Below the pieces are notes generated by a model. It searched no databases. It was given only the letters and a program-made list of their open reading frames with translations, and had not been told where the DNA came from. The translations under genes and the position numbers were made by a program. From Octopus vulgaris (taxonomy: Eukaryota): DNA of 64,000 nt. Position 1 is the first letter of the stretch, and the number at the start of each line of letters is the position of its first letter. The stretch is from positions 12,276,001-12,340,000 of the forward strand of contig OX597839.1 of NCBI GenBank assembly GCA_951406725.2, read 5' to 3'. Positions 12,566 through 27,448 of the stretch are shown piece after piece.

Positions 12566-12852
12566 ACACACACAGATTGAAATAAAGATTGTGTAGCGTA
12601 TATAACATTGGGATATTGTTCATTAGATATTTAGCTACATCAGCTTACGTAGATTTCATTAACATCAGATGAGTATTAGTTACATAATGTAACTTATATA
12701 ATGATGACTTAATGTCAAATCGTCAGAGACACGTAACTATTATATTTTCTACGGATATTCTGAACCGGTATAAACCCGGATTTAATAACAAAGAATACAA
12801 TTACAAGAAACAAACGGAAGTACAATATGTATCTATCTGTCTGTCTATCTAT

Positions 12853-12889
<37 letters not shown>

Positions 12890-13044
12890 CATATATATAT
12901 ATGTATATATATCTAATGTAGAATAAAAATTTGTTTATAAATTTAACCTTTAAAGGTATGTATATATACATACACAACTGAAACAAATATAAGAAAATGA
13001 CTGAAGCAAGTAAAATATACGTGTAGAAATATATACATATATAT

Positions 13045-13250
13045 GGACGGAACTGCTCTTCATTGTGCCTCCTATTGCGATGTGGTTTCATCTGGTATCT
13101 CAAGATAAAAATTTGTCAAGACACTCTTTGAAGGACGTCCATATCTACACCTCGCAACTCTGTGAGGCTGTTTAGCAGAATGTTAGACCTTTGAAACCCA
13201 GACTGTTAGAGCACTGATTTTTTATTCTAGATAAAGTCAAGATCAGTCTC
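13045..13250 (-). mobile_element. CR1-like LINE ORF2 3' end relic
   Basis: Broken minus-strand frames NSLGFKG, LRGVDMDV, FKECLDKFLS, EIPDET resemble the C-terminal FKxxLDxFL region of CR1-group ORF2 (from recall). Confidence 0.55.
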
Positions 13251-13523
13251 TTGGATGTACGTTTATTCAAGAGACACATGAAAGACAAGCAGAGGGAGTG
13301 GTTTGGGGCCACAACCTGATATATGATAAATGTTGCTGGATCTGTCGCTGATATTTCTACAAAGCTGTCTGTTTCTTATTTCTACAACTATCATCTCATT
13401 ACAAATTTTATCCTTTGTAAATCTCCTTCCTTCCATTCGCACCTGTACTCCGTATGAAATTTACCAAAATTCGTTGCAAAATGACGACGTCTACGAAGAT
13501 ACCTATGTATGTGTGTGTGTGTG

Positions 13524-13573
<50 letters not shown>

Positions 13574-14030
13574 AGAAAGAGAGAGAGAAAAAAAGAGAGA
13601 GAGATAGAGAAATAACATTTCTCCTAAGGTTGTAAAATTTATTCCGCTTATATGCTTATTCGAGTACACTCACATGCACACACATCACTCACGCCACACA
13701 CACACACACATATATATAACACATACATACATACGTATGTATGTATATATATAAAGCAAATAAATTGATTAAAATACGAATATATAGTGATATACTTCTC
13801 CTACCGCAGGAAAATATATGAATATACGTTTGTCGCCAAATTTAATATAAATAACCAGCATTTATTTTCGTGCGTCTTCCTGCCTGGCCCATTTTTATAT
13901 TTGAATACACAACTGCTCTAAACCTGAATAAATTTCCATATTTATTATGTCCTATGCAAAACTGCTTTACACAAAAAATATTCCCGTTATGTCTGCAATA
14001 TATGTATATGTATGTATGTATAAAATTTTT

Positions 14031-14412
14031 TTCTTGTTTCAGTCATTTGACTGCGGCCATGCTGGAGCACCGCCTTTAGTCGAGCAAATCGACCCCGGGA
14101 CTTATTCTTTGTAAGCCCAGTACCTATTCTATCGGTCTCTTTTTGCCGAACCGCTAAGTGACAGGGACGTAAACACACCAGCATCGGTTGTCAAGTAATG
14201 CTAGGGGGACAAACACAGACACATACATATATATATATACACATATATACGACAGGCTTCTTTCAGTTTCCGTCTACCAAATCCTCTCACAAGGCATTGG
14301 TCGGCCCGGGGCTATAGCAGAAGACACTTGCCCAAGATGCCACGCAGTGGGACTGAACCCGGAACCATGTGGTTGGTTAGCAAGCTACTTACCACACAGC
14401 CACTCCTGCGCC
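14031..14412 (-). mobile_element. SINE family A, full length
   Basis: Near-identical to 29617-30032 and to the reverse complement of 33776-34202. Confidence 0.93.
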
Positions 14413-14446
14413 TATATGTATGTATATATATTATATGTGTGTGTGA

Positions 14447-14665
14447 AGGCGGCGAGCTGGCAGAGTCGTTGGCACGCCGGACAAAATGCTTAGCGGCATT
14501 TCGTCCGTATTCACGATCTGAGTTCAAATTCAGCCGAGGTCGAATTTGCCTTTCATTCTTTCGGTGTCAATAAAGTAAGTACCAGTTGAAGACCGGGATC
14601 GATGTAAATTGTCTAATACCCTCCCCAAAATATCAGGTTTAATTCCTTTAGTTGAAAGGATAATA
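14447..14665 (+). mobile_element. SINE family B
   Basis: GGCGGCGAGCTGGCAGAGTCG head, GAGTTCAAATTC B box, GAAAGGAT-type tail. Confidence 0.85.
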
Positions 14666-15054
14666 TGAGTGTGTTTTTGTGTTGTTTTGGGAGAATTCTA
14701 TGTTCCCTTGGAGTTTTATGCTGAAGAGGCTAACGAGAAGAAGAGAAGGAACTAATCTGAACTAGTGAAACTATGACAAAGCAATGGGTAACTAGCAAAG
14801 TGTGAACCCATCGAGATGGATAGAGAAGTTTTGCAGGTCAGACCCACTACAGAGTTCACAGTATGTTTGGAATTTCAGGGTCAGTTGGCTAAAGGCCGTT
14901 AGGTTGGATGTGGAAGCGGTAGAAGTTGCTTCATAGCGGGCTGTGGATTAGGAAGTTCAAGCTCTAGATGGAGCAGTGCCACTAGGGGCCGTGCTAACTG
15001 GGCACAATTTGGGGCTAGATCAAATCTATTATGATTGTGACCAATATGGAAAGA

Positions 15055-15056
15055 AT

Positions 15057-15088
<32 letters not shown>

Positions 15089-15103
15089 ATAATAATAATA
15101 ATG

Positions 15104-15156
<53 letters not shown>

Positions 15157-15158
15157 AC
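15055..15158 (+). repeat. (ACT)n(AAT)n microsatellite
   Basis: Direct reading. Confidence 0.95.
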
Positions 15159-15670
15159 AAAATTTTAAAAGGACGGACGTAACTCTTCACAAAGGTAAAC
15201 AGACAAGACGAAGAGCGCGATGCGACTGCAATAGATATTTTTATTGGTCGATAAAATTGAAACTTAAAAACTGGTGATGCCATTCCATCAGCGTGTGGAC
15301 GCTGGTTGCTCTCGTTCATACTTTGGATTTGAATTTCTATAATTTTGAATTTTTATCACTTCTTATTTTGAACTCGACAAAGCCAGACTTGCTGTCGAAA
15401 CATCGTTTAACCAATAAAATATCTCGCCAATTTCCGTCCATTTACGGTCGTTGCCGGCATGTATGAATACAATTATATGTGCGCTGACAGCAGCAACAGA
15501 GCCTTTTAGATCTTATTTCTAGCAGTGTAGGTTTTTCTAACACCCTCAGTCGTATTTAATGATAGTTATTGTTTTCCTTTCAGGTAACTGCCTCATTTAA
15601 TTATTTGTACACACGCATGTATATATAGATATATATTCGTTCAGTTTCCGTCTACCAAATCCACTCAAGG

Positions 15671-15947
15671 CTCTACAAGATCGACCGAGCCATAGACAGA
15701 ACCTGCAGAAAGTGCAGAGTGGGAGAGGAGACGGCGGGGCATGTCATCTACAACTGTCCACGGATCCATCGCCCGCCGCAAATGCCAACCCCCACCCAGA
15801 CACTCTGGCCAGTGACCCTCTCATCGTCCTTCGGATCTGGGGAAAGTGGACTTCCGCTCCCGACCTGCCAGACGTCTCCCAACCCACAGAACGGGTACAG
15901 TGAAATCACCCTTACCCGTCTTGTTGCTTAACAACAACAACAATAAC
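15671..15947 (+). mobile_element. 5'-truncated LINE 3' end with CCHC zinc knuckle (I-group-like)
   Basis: Frame reads LYKIDRAIDRTCRKCRVGEETAGHVIYNCPR (C-x2-C-x8-H-x4-C), then a frameshift, a short 3' UTR and an (AAC)n tail. Confidence 0.78.
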
Positions 15948-16190
15948 AGCAATATTCACCTCCCCCCATTCTCCTTATCACCGACACCAACACTATCACA
16001 ATTACTACAACAACCACCTCTCTATGTCTGGTCTATCCTAGTACAACATCATCCCCACCCCCACCCAACGTTCATGTTTTTATTTGAGACGTTCTCTCTT
16101 GTCGGAATTATGAAAAAATATTCTTTCCAAAACATTTCTTTCTTCATTCTACCATCTCCATCTCATTCATATTCGAACCAACCGACTCAT

Positions 16191-16666
16191 CTACACACTC
16201 ACTCACACATATATAATGATGTTCTTATCACAATGACACGCTGGACCAATACACGCTTTTCTCTCTTTTTCTTTATTGTTATATGCTTTCTTTCTTTTCT
16301 ACTTGGAATAAGAGTTAATGCTCGAAATATTGATAAATATTCCTTTTCTACACTCTCACTCACACAAACATAATGATGTTTTCACACACACACACACTGA
16401 CCATCACCTAACCGCCGACGTTTTTATCTTTCCCTCTTCTTGTATATGTTCGACCTTTTGCTCATTCTGTCTTCACGCCACACCCTGCCTCTACGACACT
16501 AAAATACCAAAACCCACCACCATGTTACGTTATTTCTTATCACAATGACCCGTTGAAATAATACATGACTGTTTCCCTTTTCTCTATTATTTTATACGCT
16601 TTCTTTCTTTCCTACTTTGAATAAGAGTTTTTGCTCGAAATGTTGATAAATACTCCTTTTCTACAC
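16191..16666 (+). repeat. Direct repeat of about 130 bp (16222-16353, 16534-16666), each copy with a decayed hammerhead-like motif
   Basis: Both copies: TTCTTATCACAATGAC...GAATAAGAGT-N4-GCTCGAAAT...CCTTTTCTACAC. Confidence 0.7.
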
Positions 16667-17539
16667 AGCCTAATACATTCTCTTTGACTTTTAAATAATT
16701 TTATTCCACTCGATTACTTGTCATCAGCTGATTCCCCGGATTCCGCATTTCGAATTATTTTATCTCTCGATTGACTTAATGTATTTTCATACGTGAAATA
16801 ATAAACTAATTTACCGTCATTTGCATCATTTAATTACTGCTGCATGCTATGCTGATCGTCAATATATCACTTCAGTGATCTCGGTATATGTGATCTTCAA
16901 ATAACGAAGCTGATGAGTCCTCAAAATACTGAAATACTGACACACAATCCGGTTGTTCGAATCACAAATCATACTCCGTCTCTCTCTCATTCTCCATCTC
17001 TCTTTCTCATTGACTTTTTCATTCGCTACCCCTATTTCTCCTCTCTCTCTCTCTCTCTGTCTTACCTTTCTCTCTCTCTCCCTATGCTTTCCTTCACTTT
17101 CTCTTCTGGTCTTGCCTCCCTTTCGCTCGTTTTCCATCTCTCTCTCTCTCTCCCTTACTTCCTCATTCTTTATTCCTATCTTTCTGTTTCTCTTTGTGTC
17201 TCACTTCTGTTTTTGCTTCTGTGTCTTGCCTCTCACTCTCTTTATCTCTGTTTTCCTCTCTCTCACTCTCACGCTCTCTTATTTTTCATTCCCCAACTCC
17301 ATCTCTCTCTTTCTTTCTCTACCTCTCTCTTTCTCTGTCATCTTCTCTCTCTTTCAAGGCCTTTTCGCCCCATTCTCTTTCTCCTCTCACACACACACTT
17401 CCTGGCTTCCTCCGACATAATATTTGGTTAGATGTGGACCAATCGACATGGGAGATTATCAATTACATTACTTTATTTTCTCTCACCACACCTCATCCAG
17501 GATCTCTTTTCAGCTGGAAATGACTGCAACAACCAGACA

Positions 17540-18008
17540 AGTGCACACGCACGTACAACACACATGCGTATGCGTAAATACATGTATACACAGACGCAAA
17601 CGCATACATACAGTATATATATATACATATATATATATACATACATATATACATATGTATATACATATATACACATATATATACATACATATATAAACAT
17701 ATATATACATATATACACACATATATATACATACATATATACACATATATATACATACATATATATATACATACATACATATATATATACATACATATAT
17801 ACACACACACATATATATATATAAATATATATAAACATATATATACATATATATATATACATATATATATACATATGTATATATATATATATATATACAT
17901 ATATATATGTATATATATATACATATATACATACATATATATATACATATGTATATACATATATATATATACATACACACACACAGATATATATATACAC
18001 ACACACAC

Positions 18009-18042
<34 letters not shown>

Positions 18043-18212
18043 CTATATGTGGGTATATTAACATACATATATGCATTCACACATACATATAAATGCGTAA
18101 TTGTATATACGCACAGGCATGCAGAAGCAACTGTAATATATAAATTAACACTGACAGCTCCAAAATTCGTTCATATAAGGATACATATACACATGCACAT
18201 ATACATGCATAC

Positions 18213-18259
<47 letters not shown>

Positions 18260-18438
18260 CATATATACGCACACACATATACATATACGTACATACATAT
18301 GTGTATATGTATACACGTACGTATCAACGTAAATATATACGCCTATACAGACATACATACGTATATATATGCTATATACATACATATATGTATATATTTA
18401 TGTATGAATATACGTACATATATTTATACATACACACT

Positions 18439-18497
<59 letters not shown>

Positions 18498-18581
18498 TTA
18501 CAACGACTACATACAAACATGGATAAATAAATACACGCATACATACTTACATAAAAACATGCATGCATATACATACATGGT

Positions 18582-18625
<44 letters not shown>
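17540..18625. repeat. Compound (TA)n/(CA)n/(TACA)n tract
   Basis: Direct reading. Confidence 0.95.
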
Positions 18626-18626
<1 letters not shown>

Positions 18627-19012
18627 TACCATCGGCTACGTAACAGCGTGGCATCGTTTTTTGTTGTCCTCTTCGCTTTCACTTATAATGGCCTCCATGC
18701 AGCGTATATATTTGGTGGGCGGAATAAAAGTGGCGAGCCCCCATTTATTGGAAGAACGATACAGAAAACAATATGGACGTCATGCTACCTGGGAGACAGA
18801 TAAAACATGGAGGATGTTACTATAAGCAAATTCATCACGATCTTAGAATCTATCTCTCACTTGCTGCCTCCTCCCTTCTTTTATATTTTTTCTTTATATC
18901 TCTACCCCGTGCACGCTTCTTTATACGTGTATGTGTGTGTATGTGTATGAATATATATATATATATCTATATACTATACATGTATATGTATATATATATA
19001 TATATATATATT

Positions 19013-19119
<107 letters not shown>

Positions 19120-19590
19120 TGTATATATATATATATATATAAACGTTATCTATTATGTATACGTAAAGATAACATTTTTCCTTCTTTTCCTTTCACCTCC
19201 AATTTTTTTCCCCCCAAGTTACTGTGAGCCTTTTCTTTTCTGCAGCAACCATTTTTTATATTTTATCTGTTACAACATTTTCTTATCGTGACCTCAACAA
19301 GAAACAAATGACAATTCATGCGTAAAAAAAAAAGAAACACCAAAGATACAAAAATAAAATACGAAGAAAATGTAGAAAAAGCCTATAGGAAATAATATAT
19401 ATATGTACGTATGCATATATGTGTATTTATGTATGTATATATATATATATACATGTATGTATGTGGTATGTATGTATACATATATATATATACACATACA
19501 AACATGCATATACGTCGATATATACATATAAAATGAACAAACAAACTGAATAACTTGCATCTTTTGTTAAATCCGCTCTGATTTCTTCTC

Positions 19591-19633
<43 letters not shown>

Positions 19634-20117
19634 GTTATCATTATCATCTTCTTTCAATTCTGCTTCCATTTCTTGCCGAGTGTTGTTATCATCATCATCA
19701 CCATCGTTATTATTATAATCAGCATCGTATCATTGTTTTATTAGTATTAATATTATTACCATCATCATCATCATCATCATCATCGTCGTCGCCGCCGCAG
19801 CTGCCGTCGTCGTGGTCATCACAATCATCACTGTTATTTTCGGTATTTCGTTTCTTTATCGTCACTGTTTATTTGGAGCCATAACTTCTGCCTATTTCAT
19901 TTTATTTATTTATTTATTTATCTATTTATTTATGCATGTATTTTATTACAGTTGTTGTAGTTGCTGTTCTTCGGAGAAGCACTATATCGTCTGTCATAGT
20001 GGTTATGGCATCTTTACACCGTTTCTGGAACACTGCGTTTGTGTTAGCGGGTTTTGTCTTCATATTAATAACAAATGGCTGACTATAAACTGCATGTAAG
20101 AGAAATAACGGGAGAGG

Positions 20118-20165
<48 letters not shown>

Positions 20166-20203
20166 TACTTATATGCACATGTCTGTATATCTATATCTAT
20201 ATA

Positions 20204-20256
<53 letters not shown>

Positions 20257-20355
20257 ATATGCATGTATATATTTATGTGTATATATATGTGTGTGTGTGT
20301 GTCTGTGTGTGTATACATGTATGCATGCAATATGTATTTATGCAGATATATTTAT

Positions 20356-20386
<31 letters not shown>

Positions 20387-20899
20387 CATATATACATGAA
20401 TATATACGCATGCATACATATGTGTGTGTGTGTGTCTGTGTGTATACATGTATGTATCTTCCTCGGCAATAAACATGTTGTAAAGTTGACTACGCATGCA
20501 AACATGATCTTACGGGTGAGCGTGAAAATGTACGTCTTTCTGTGACGTGAGTGTATATACATACATACAGTATATGTGCTTGCACGTGTGTATGCATGTG
20601 TATATGTATAAACGTAAATATTTGCATAGCGAAGTACATATGTATATGTGTGTAGACATGTATGTATTTCAACTATACACAGTTTTCTTGCTACAGTTTA
20701 TTCAGTGAGGGCGAATATTTTTGTATGTAAAATTAGAAATTCATGTGCATGTAAGCACGTATACATGTGTGTTTTTTTGTGTGTGTGTACACATGCATAC
20801 AGGTAGGTATGTACATAGGTAAGATGATGTTACATGCCCATATATACATATATACACGAATATTAAAACATTGAGGTGGAAAGATGTGAAAGATCTGTA

Positions 20900-22600
<1,701 letters not shown>

Positions 22601-22705
22601 CGTATATGTTAGGGAAGTTAGACATAACTATTGTGCATATGTTGGTATGTATGTATGTCTGTGTGTGTCCTGGGTAATAAAAAAATTGTGTGTGTTTAGA
22701 TATAT

Positions 22706-22917
22706 ATTCTTTTATTCTCTTAATTGTTTCAGTCATTTGACTGCGACCATGCTGGAGCACCGCCTTTAGTCGAGCAAATCGACCCCCAAGACTTATTCTT
22801 TGTAAGACTAGTACTTGTTCTATCAGTCAGTTTTGCCGAACGGCTAAGTTACGGGAAGTAAACGCACCAGCATTGGTTATCAAGCGATGTTGAGGAGGTG
22901 GGGGAAACAGACACACA

Positions 22918-22998
<81 letters not shown>

Positions 22999-23156
22999 GA
23001 CGTGCTTCTTTCATCTTGCGTCTACCAAATCCACTTACAAAGCTTTGGTCAGCCCGAGGCTGTAGTAGAAGACAGTTGTCCAAGGTGTCACGCAGTAGGA
23101 TTGAACCCGGAACCAAGTGGTTGGTAAGCAAGCTACTTACCACAACCACCTGCTCC
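22706..23156 (-). mobile_element. SINE family A, full length, expanded internal (TA)n
   Basis: Aligns to 14031-14412. Confidence 0.9.
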
Positions 23157-23191
23157 TATATAAACATATATTTACATATACAAATATATAC

Positions 23192-23250
<59 letters not shown>

Positions 23251-23429
23251 CATGTATATATCCATATATGTATAATTGCTCGAAATGCGGAGTAGATAAA
23301 ACAGAGGACAACTGATGAATGGTCGTTCTTTATGTTGCATGTCTTGTTTTCCATTTGTTTCTTTTGTTGCTCGCAAAAAAAGTTCGTATTCCATGTTTTC
23401 GTATTTCGTATTTCATGTTGTTTACGTTC

Positions 23430-23768
23430 TATGACCAGTTTTTATCATGGGGCATTTCCAGGTTTTTGCAAATTACCCAGTGAATATATTGTGCAGCTCT
23501 CTCATGCCTGTTGAGATACTCTGCAGCCGCAAGAAAACTGCACATGGAGACAACATGATCAATGATCTTATTTTGTTGTTGATATACACGACATATTGGG
23601 GAGCTGCCTGGTAGTTCCTTGTAATATGCTGGCCAGGTAGTTCCTTGTAGGTAGGCATTGATCTTGGGCTGCTATGATAAACCCTTCTGCATCTGATTTT
23701 AAGCCATCAGCCATTAGCCATTGATGGGTAAAGGCTTTGTCAACATCGCCATTATTCGGTCTCTTTAC
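23430..23768 (-). pseudogene. R4/Dong-like (restriction-like endonuclease) non-LTR retrotransposon fragment
   Basis: Minus-strand frames THQWLMADGLKSDAEGFIIAAQDQCLPTRNY, then after a frameshift ICRVYQQQNKIIDHVVSMCSFLAAAEYLNRHERAAQYIHWVICKNL. The AAQDQ motif, decayed CCHC knuckle and RH...IHW motif precede the RLE domain in R4-clade ORFs. Confidence 0.8.
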
Positions 23769-23774
23769 CTCTCA

Positions 23775-23875
23775 TCTTTTTGGATCGATAAAATAAGTAC
23801 CACTTTAATACTGGGGCTATGTAACCAACTTAACCCCTCCCCAGAACTTGCAGACCTTGTACCTAAATTTAAAAC

Positions 23876-23950
<75 letters not shown>

Positions 23951-23958
23951 TATTATAT
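23775..23958 (+). mobile_element. SINE family B 3' fragment followed by (TTA)n
   Basis: GATCGATAAAATAAGTACC...CCTTGTACCTAAATTTAAAACC then a TTA array. Confidence 0.7.
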
Positions 23959-24230
23959 TTCCATTCCACCCCCTGTGATCTATATTGCAAATGATTCACA
24001 AGATTTTAATGTCATCTAACGAATTTCTGTTCAATGACGAAAGAAAAAATATCTACTTATACGAATATACATCAAGAGGCTATATATGCCACACACACAT
24101 ATACATATATTTATACAGAGGGTGAGAGAGCGAGGTGAGAGTTTTCCGTACATATATATATATATATATGTATGTACATATATATATAAATAAATATATA
24201 TATAAATAAATATATATATATATATAAATA

Positions 24231-24299
<69 letters not shown>

Positions 24300-24316
24300 A
24301 ATATAAGCAAATATGT

Positions 24317-24363
<47 letters not shown>

Positions 24364-24806
24364 AATATATATATACATATACAATTACGTAGATATCAAC
24401 ATAAATACACACACAAGCAAACCCGCATACACATACACATTTATACAATAATCTGTGACGGAGATAGAATAAATCTCTCTCTCTCTTGCACACACACATA
24501 CACATACGCGCGCGTGCTCGCACACACGTGTAGCAATGCGAATTATTAATAAATACAAAAGGAGGAGAATGCATGTTTTTTTTTACCTCTATCTTTTATT
24601 CAAAGGAATGGAATAGATAAAAAAAAATGGATGGAAGGACATTGAATCTGTTACAATTTATCTTTTCATATATACATCGATTTCCATCAAATGAAATATG
24701 AGTGCATTTACTGACACGCGCGCATACAAAGACTGTGTGTGTATGTGTGTACGGGAGAGAAATCTGTGTGTGTGTGTGTGCATGGAACACTATGTATTTA
24801 TAAACG

Positions 24807-24874
<68 letters not shown>

Positions 24875-25962
24875 TGTATATGCATACATATATAGTTATA
24901 TGCGTGTGTATGTGTGTCTGTACGTGTATATATACATATATATACTCATATGTAGATTTGTACATGTGTATATACCTACATTCATGCACACATGTTTATA
25001 TATTCGTATGCATATACACACTCACATACACATACCTGTATTTGTATATATGCATGTTTGTGTATATATACCGGTATATATATATTTATACATACACATA
25101 TATGCATAGATAAATATAATTATATATATGTAAGTATATATAAATAACTATATATACATACATACTTATATATATATATACACATGCTTACATCTATATC
25201 TACCTATCTACACATTTAAACTCGCGTACATAGATCTATATACGCTCAAACACAAATTCATACATACAAATATTTATGCATGGTAATAAAAATGTCCAGG
25301 TGTGTGTGTGTGCATTTGTGCACATGCGTAATCTGTGTATGTATGCTTAGAAAGAAAGTGAGGAAATGGGTTGAAGCTGTAGGGAGAGAGAGGAGCGATA
25401 GAGTGAACAAGAGAAAGAGACAGAGACAGTGAGAGAGAGAGGAGAGGAGAGAGAGAAAGAGAGAGACAGATGCGAAGGTGAAAGAAGGAGAGCGCAAGGA
25501 AAAGGGAGAGAATGAGGTAGATCAAGCTAGAATAAAGTAGATGTTTTCCATAATTTGATGTCTAGTGATACGTGTAGTAAGCCCGTCTTTATATTAATTG
25601 TATATATTATATAAGAGCTATGTTTATAAGGAATAAAGATTTCTTGAAATAAATCATTGATAATTAATATGGTAATTAAATACTAAAAGCTCTAAACATT
25701 TGTCCTTAACAAAATCAGCCAATTTGAATGTGTATTTCCATTCTGATGTAATTATCATGCGCAAATATATATATATGTAACGTCACATTAGCTTCTTGGC
25801 ATCCACAACGTGTATTTAACGTAAGTTGTTATGCTGTGCTTGTGTTAAAATTGAATGGCTGATTGTGTTGGTTCATGTCTATTGTAGAACAGAGAATGAG
25901 ATGACAACGACTGTGGCAGTATCACGTTTGTTGTGTATGTAGGTATGTAAGTTTATGTGTAA

Positions 25963-25993
<31 letters not shown>

Positions 25994-25999
25994 TGTATG

Positions 26000-26030
<31 letters not shown>

Positions 26031-26049
26031 GTGCATGTATATATATGTA

Positions 26050-26100
<51 letters not shown>

Positions 26101-26107
26101 GTATATA

Positions 26108-26290
26108 GGAGAGTTTACGCAAAAGACAAAAGATGAAGACAGGTGGTGTACAGAACAAACAGCTGTATTAGTATAATGCTCAGGAATAGAAAAAGTCTTT
26201 TACGTTTCGAGCCTAAGCTCTTCTACAGAAAGGGACACAGAAAAAAAACAAGAAGAGAAACAAGGAGAGAAAAAATGTGTGTGAAAAGAA
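26108..26290 (-). mobile_element. Family E short element (Penelope/retrozyme-like terminal repeat with variant hammerhead)
   Basis: Matches 56831-57025 and 58281-58400. Contains CTTT-CTGTAGA-A-GAGC-TTAG-GCTC-GAAAC-GTA-AAAG. Confidence 0.7.
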
Positions 26291-26989
26291 AAAATATATA
26301 TATAGGTATGTATGTATGTATGATGTATGTATGTATGTATATTATATGTATGTATATATGTATATATATGTATGTATATATGTATATATATGTATGTATA
26401 TTATATATACACACACACAATGTGCGCGCGCAAGTATGTATGTATGTATGTATATATGTATGCATGAATATATGTATGTATATAATGATATACGCTGACG
26501 GTGTAATCAAGGGAGATAAATAACGTAAACTTCTCTGAGGAAATGACTGTAACAGTTATAAGCTGTAAACTTTTTCACCTTCTTTCTTATACACACACAC
26601 ACATACACACATGTATGTTGAGGAAGAGTGGTGCTGTTCAATATACAGAGGTGATGTAACCAAAGGAAAGAAATAATGCAAATTTATCTGAGGCAGCTTG
26701 CTCTTTTCTTATTTCTTTTTCTTATTTATGGCTGTTGCATTACTTCTTTTTACATGTTCGAGTTGTAGTCATGGGTAGTGAAACCAAGGGATGTAAGTAA
26801 ACTAAACATATTGAGGGATTAAACAGTGAAATAATGGTGCTAATCTTATAATAACTCTGTTTGTCACCCCGTTACTTAGCCCGTCCGTAACGCCTCCACA
26901 TAATTAGTTGAAGGGGGAGGAATGGGACGGCAGGTGACGGGATGGGTGGGTGACGGGATGGCGGGTGACGGGATAGCTTTTGGACAACA

Positions 26990-27262
26990 TTCACAAGGCC
27001 TTGTAAATAGATTTGGTAGAAACTGAAAGAAGCCCATCGTATGAGTGCGTGTGTGTGTGTGTGCGCGCGCGCGCGTGTTTGTGTTCCTACCATCACTTGA
27101 CTACCGGTGTTGTTGTGTTTACGTCGCACTAACGTAATGGTTCGGCAAAAGAAACTGATAGAATAAGTACCAGGCTTAAGAAAGGAGTATTAGTATCGAT
27201 TGCTTTTAGTAAAATTCTTCAACGCGGCATCGCAGTCAAATGATTGAAGCAAGTAAAAGATA
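26990..27262 (+). mobile_element. SINE family A, 5'-truncated diverged copy
   Basis: GATTTGGTAGAAACTGAAAGAAGCCC...GATAGAATAAGTACCAGGCTT...CAAGTAAAAGA. Confidence 0.8.
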
Positions 27263-27294
27263 GACAGACACACAAACATACATACAAATCGATA

Positions 27295-27382
27295 GCGAAT
27301 GTATTAGTTTGACGCTCAGAGAAAGTTTTTAAGATGGGGAAAAGAGAGGGGTGTGACGTTTCGAGCATGGCTTTTCGTCGGG
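27295..27382 (-). mobile_element. Family E-related fragment with hammerhead-like core
   Basis: Shares TGTATTAGT..ACGCTCAG with family E. Minus strand CCGACGA-A-AAGC-CAT-GCTC-GAAAC-GTC. Confidence 0.55.

Positions 27383-27448
<66 letters not shown>

Noticed and set aside
16909-16940. CTGATGAGT...ACTGAAAT hammerhead-like string
   Set aside because: Stem II needs A9, there is no valid NUH site and no stem I.
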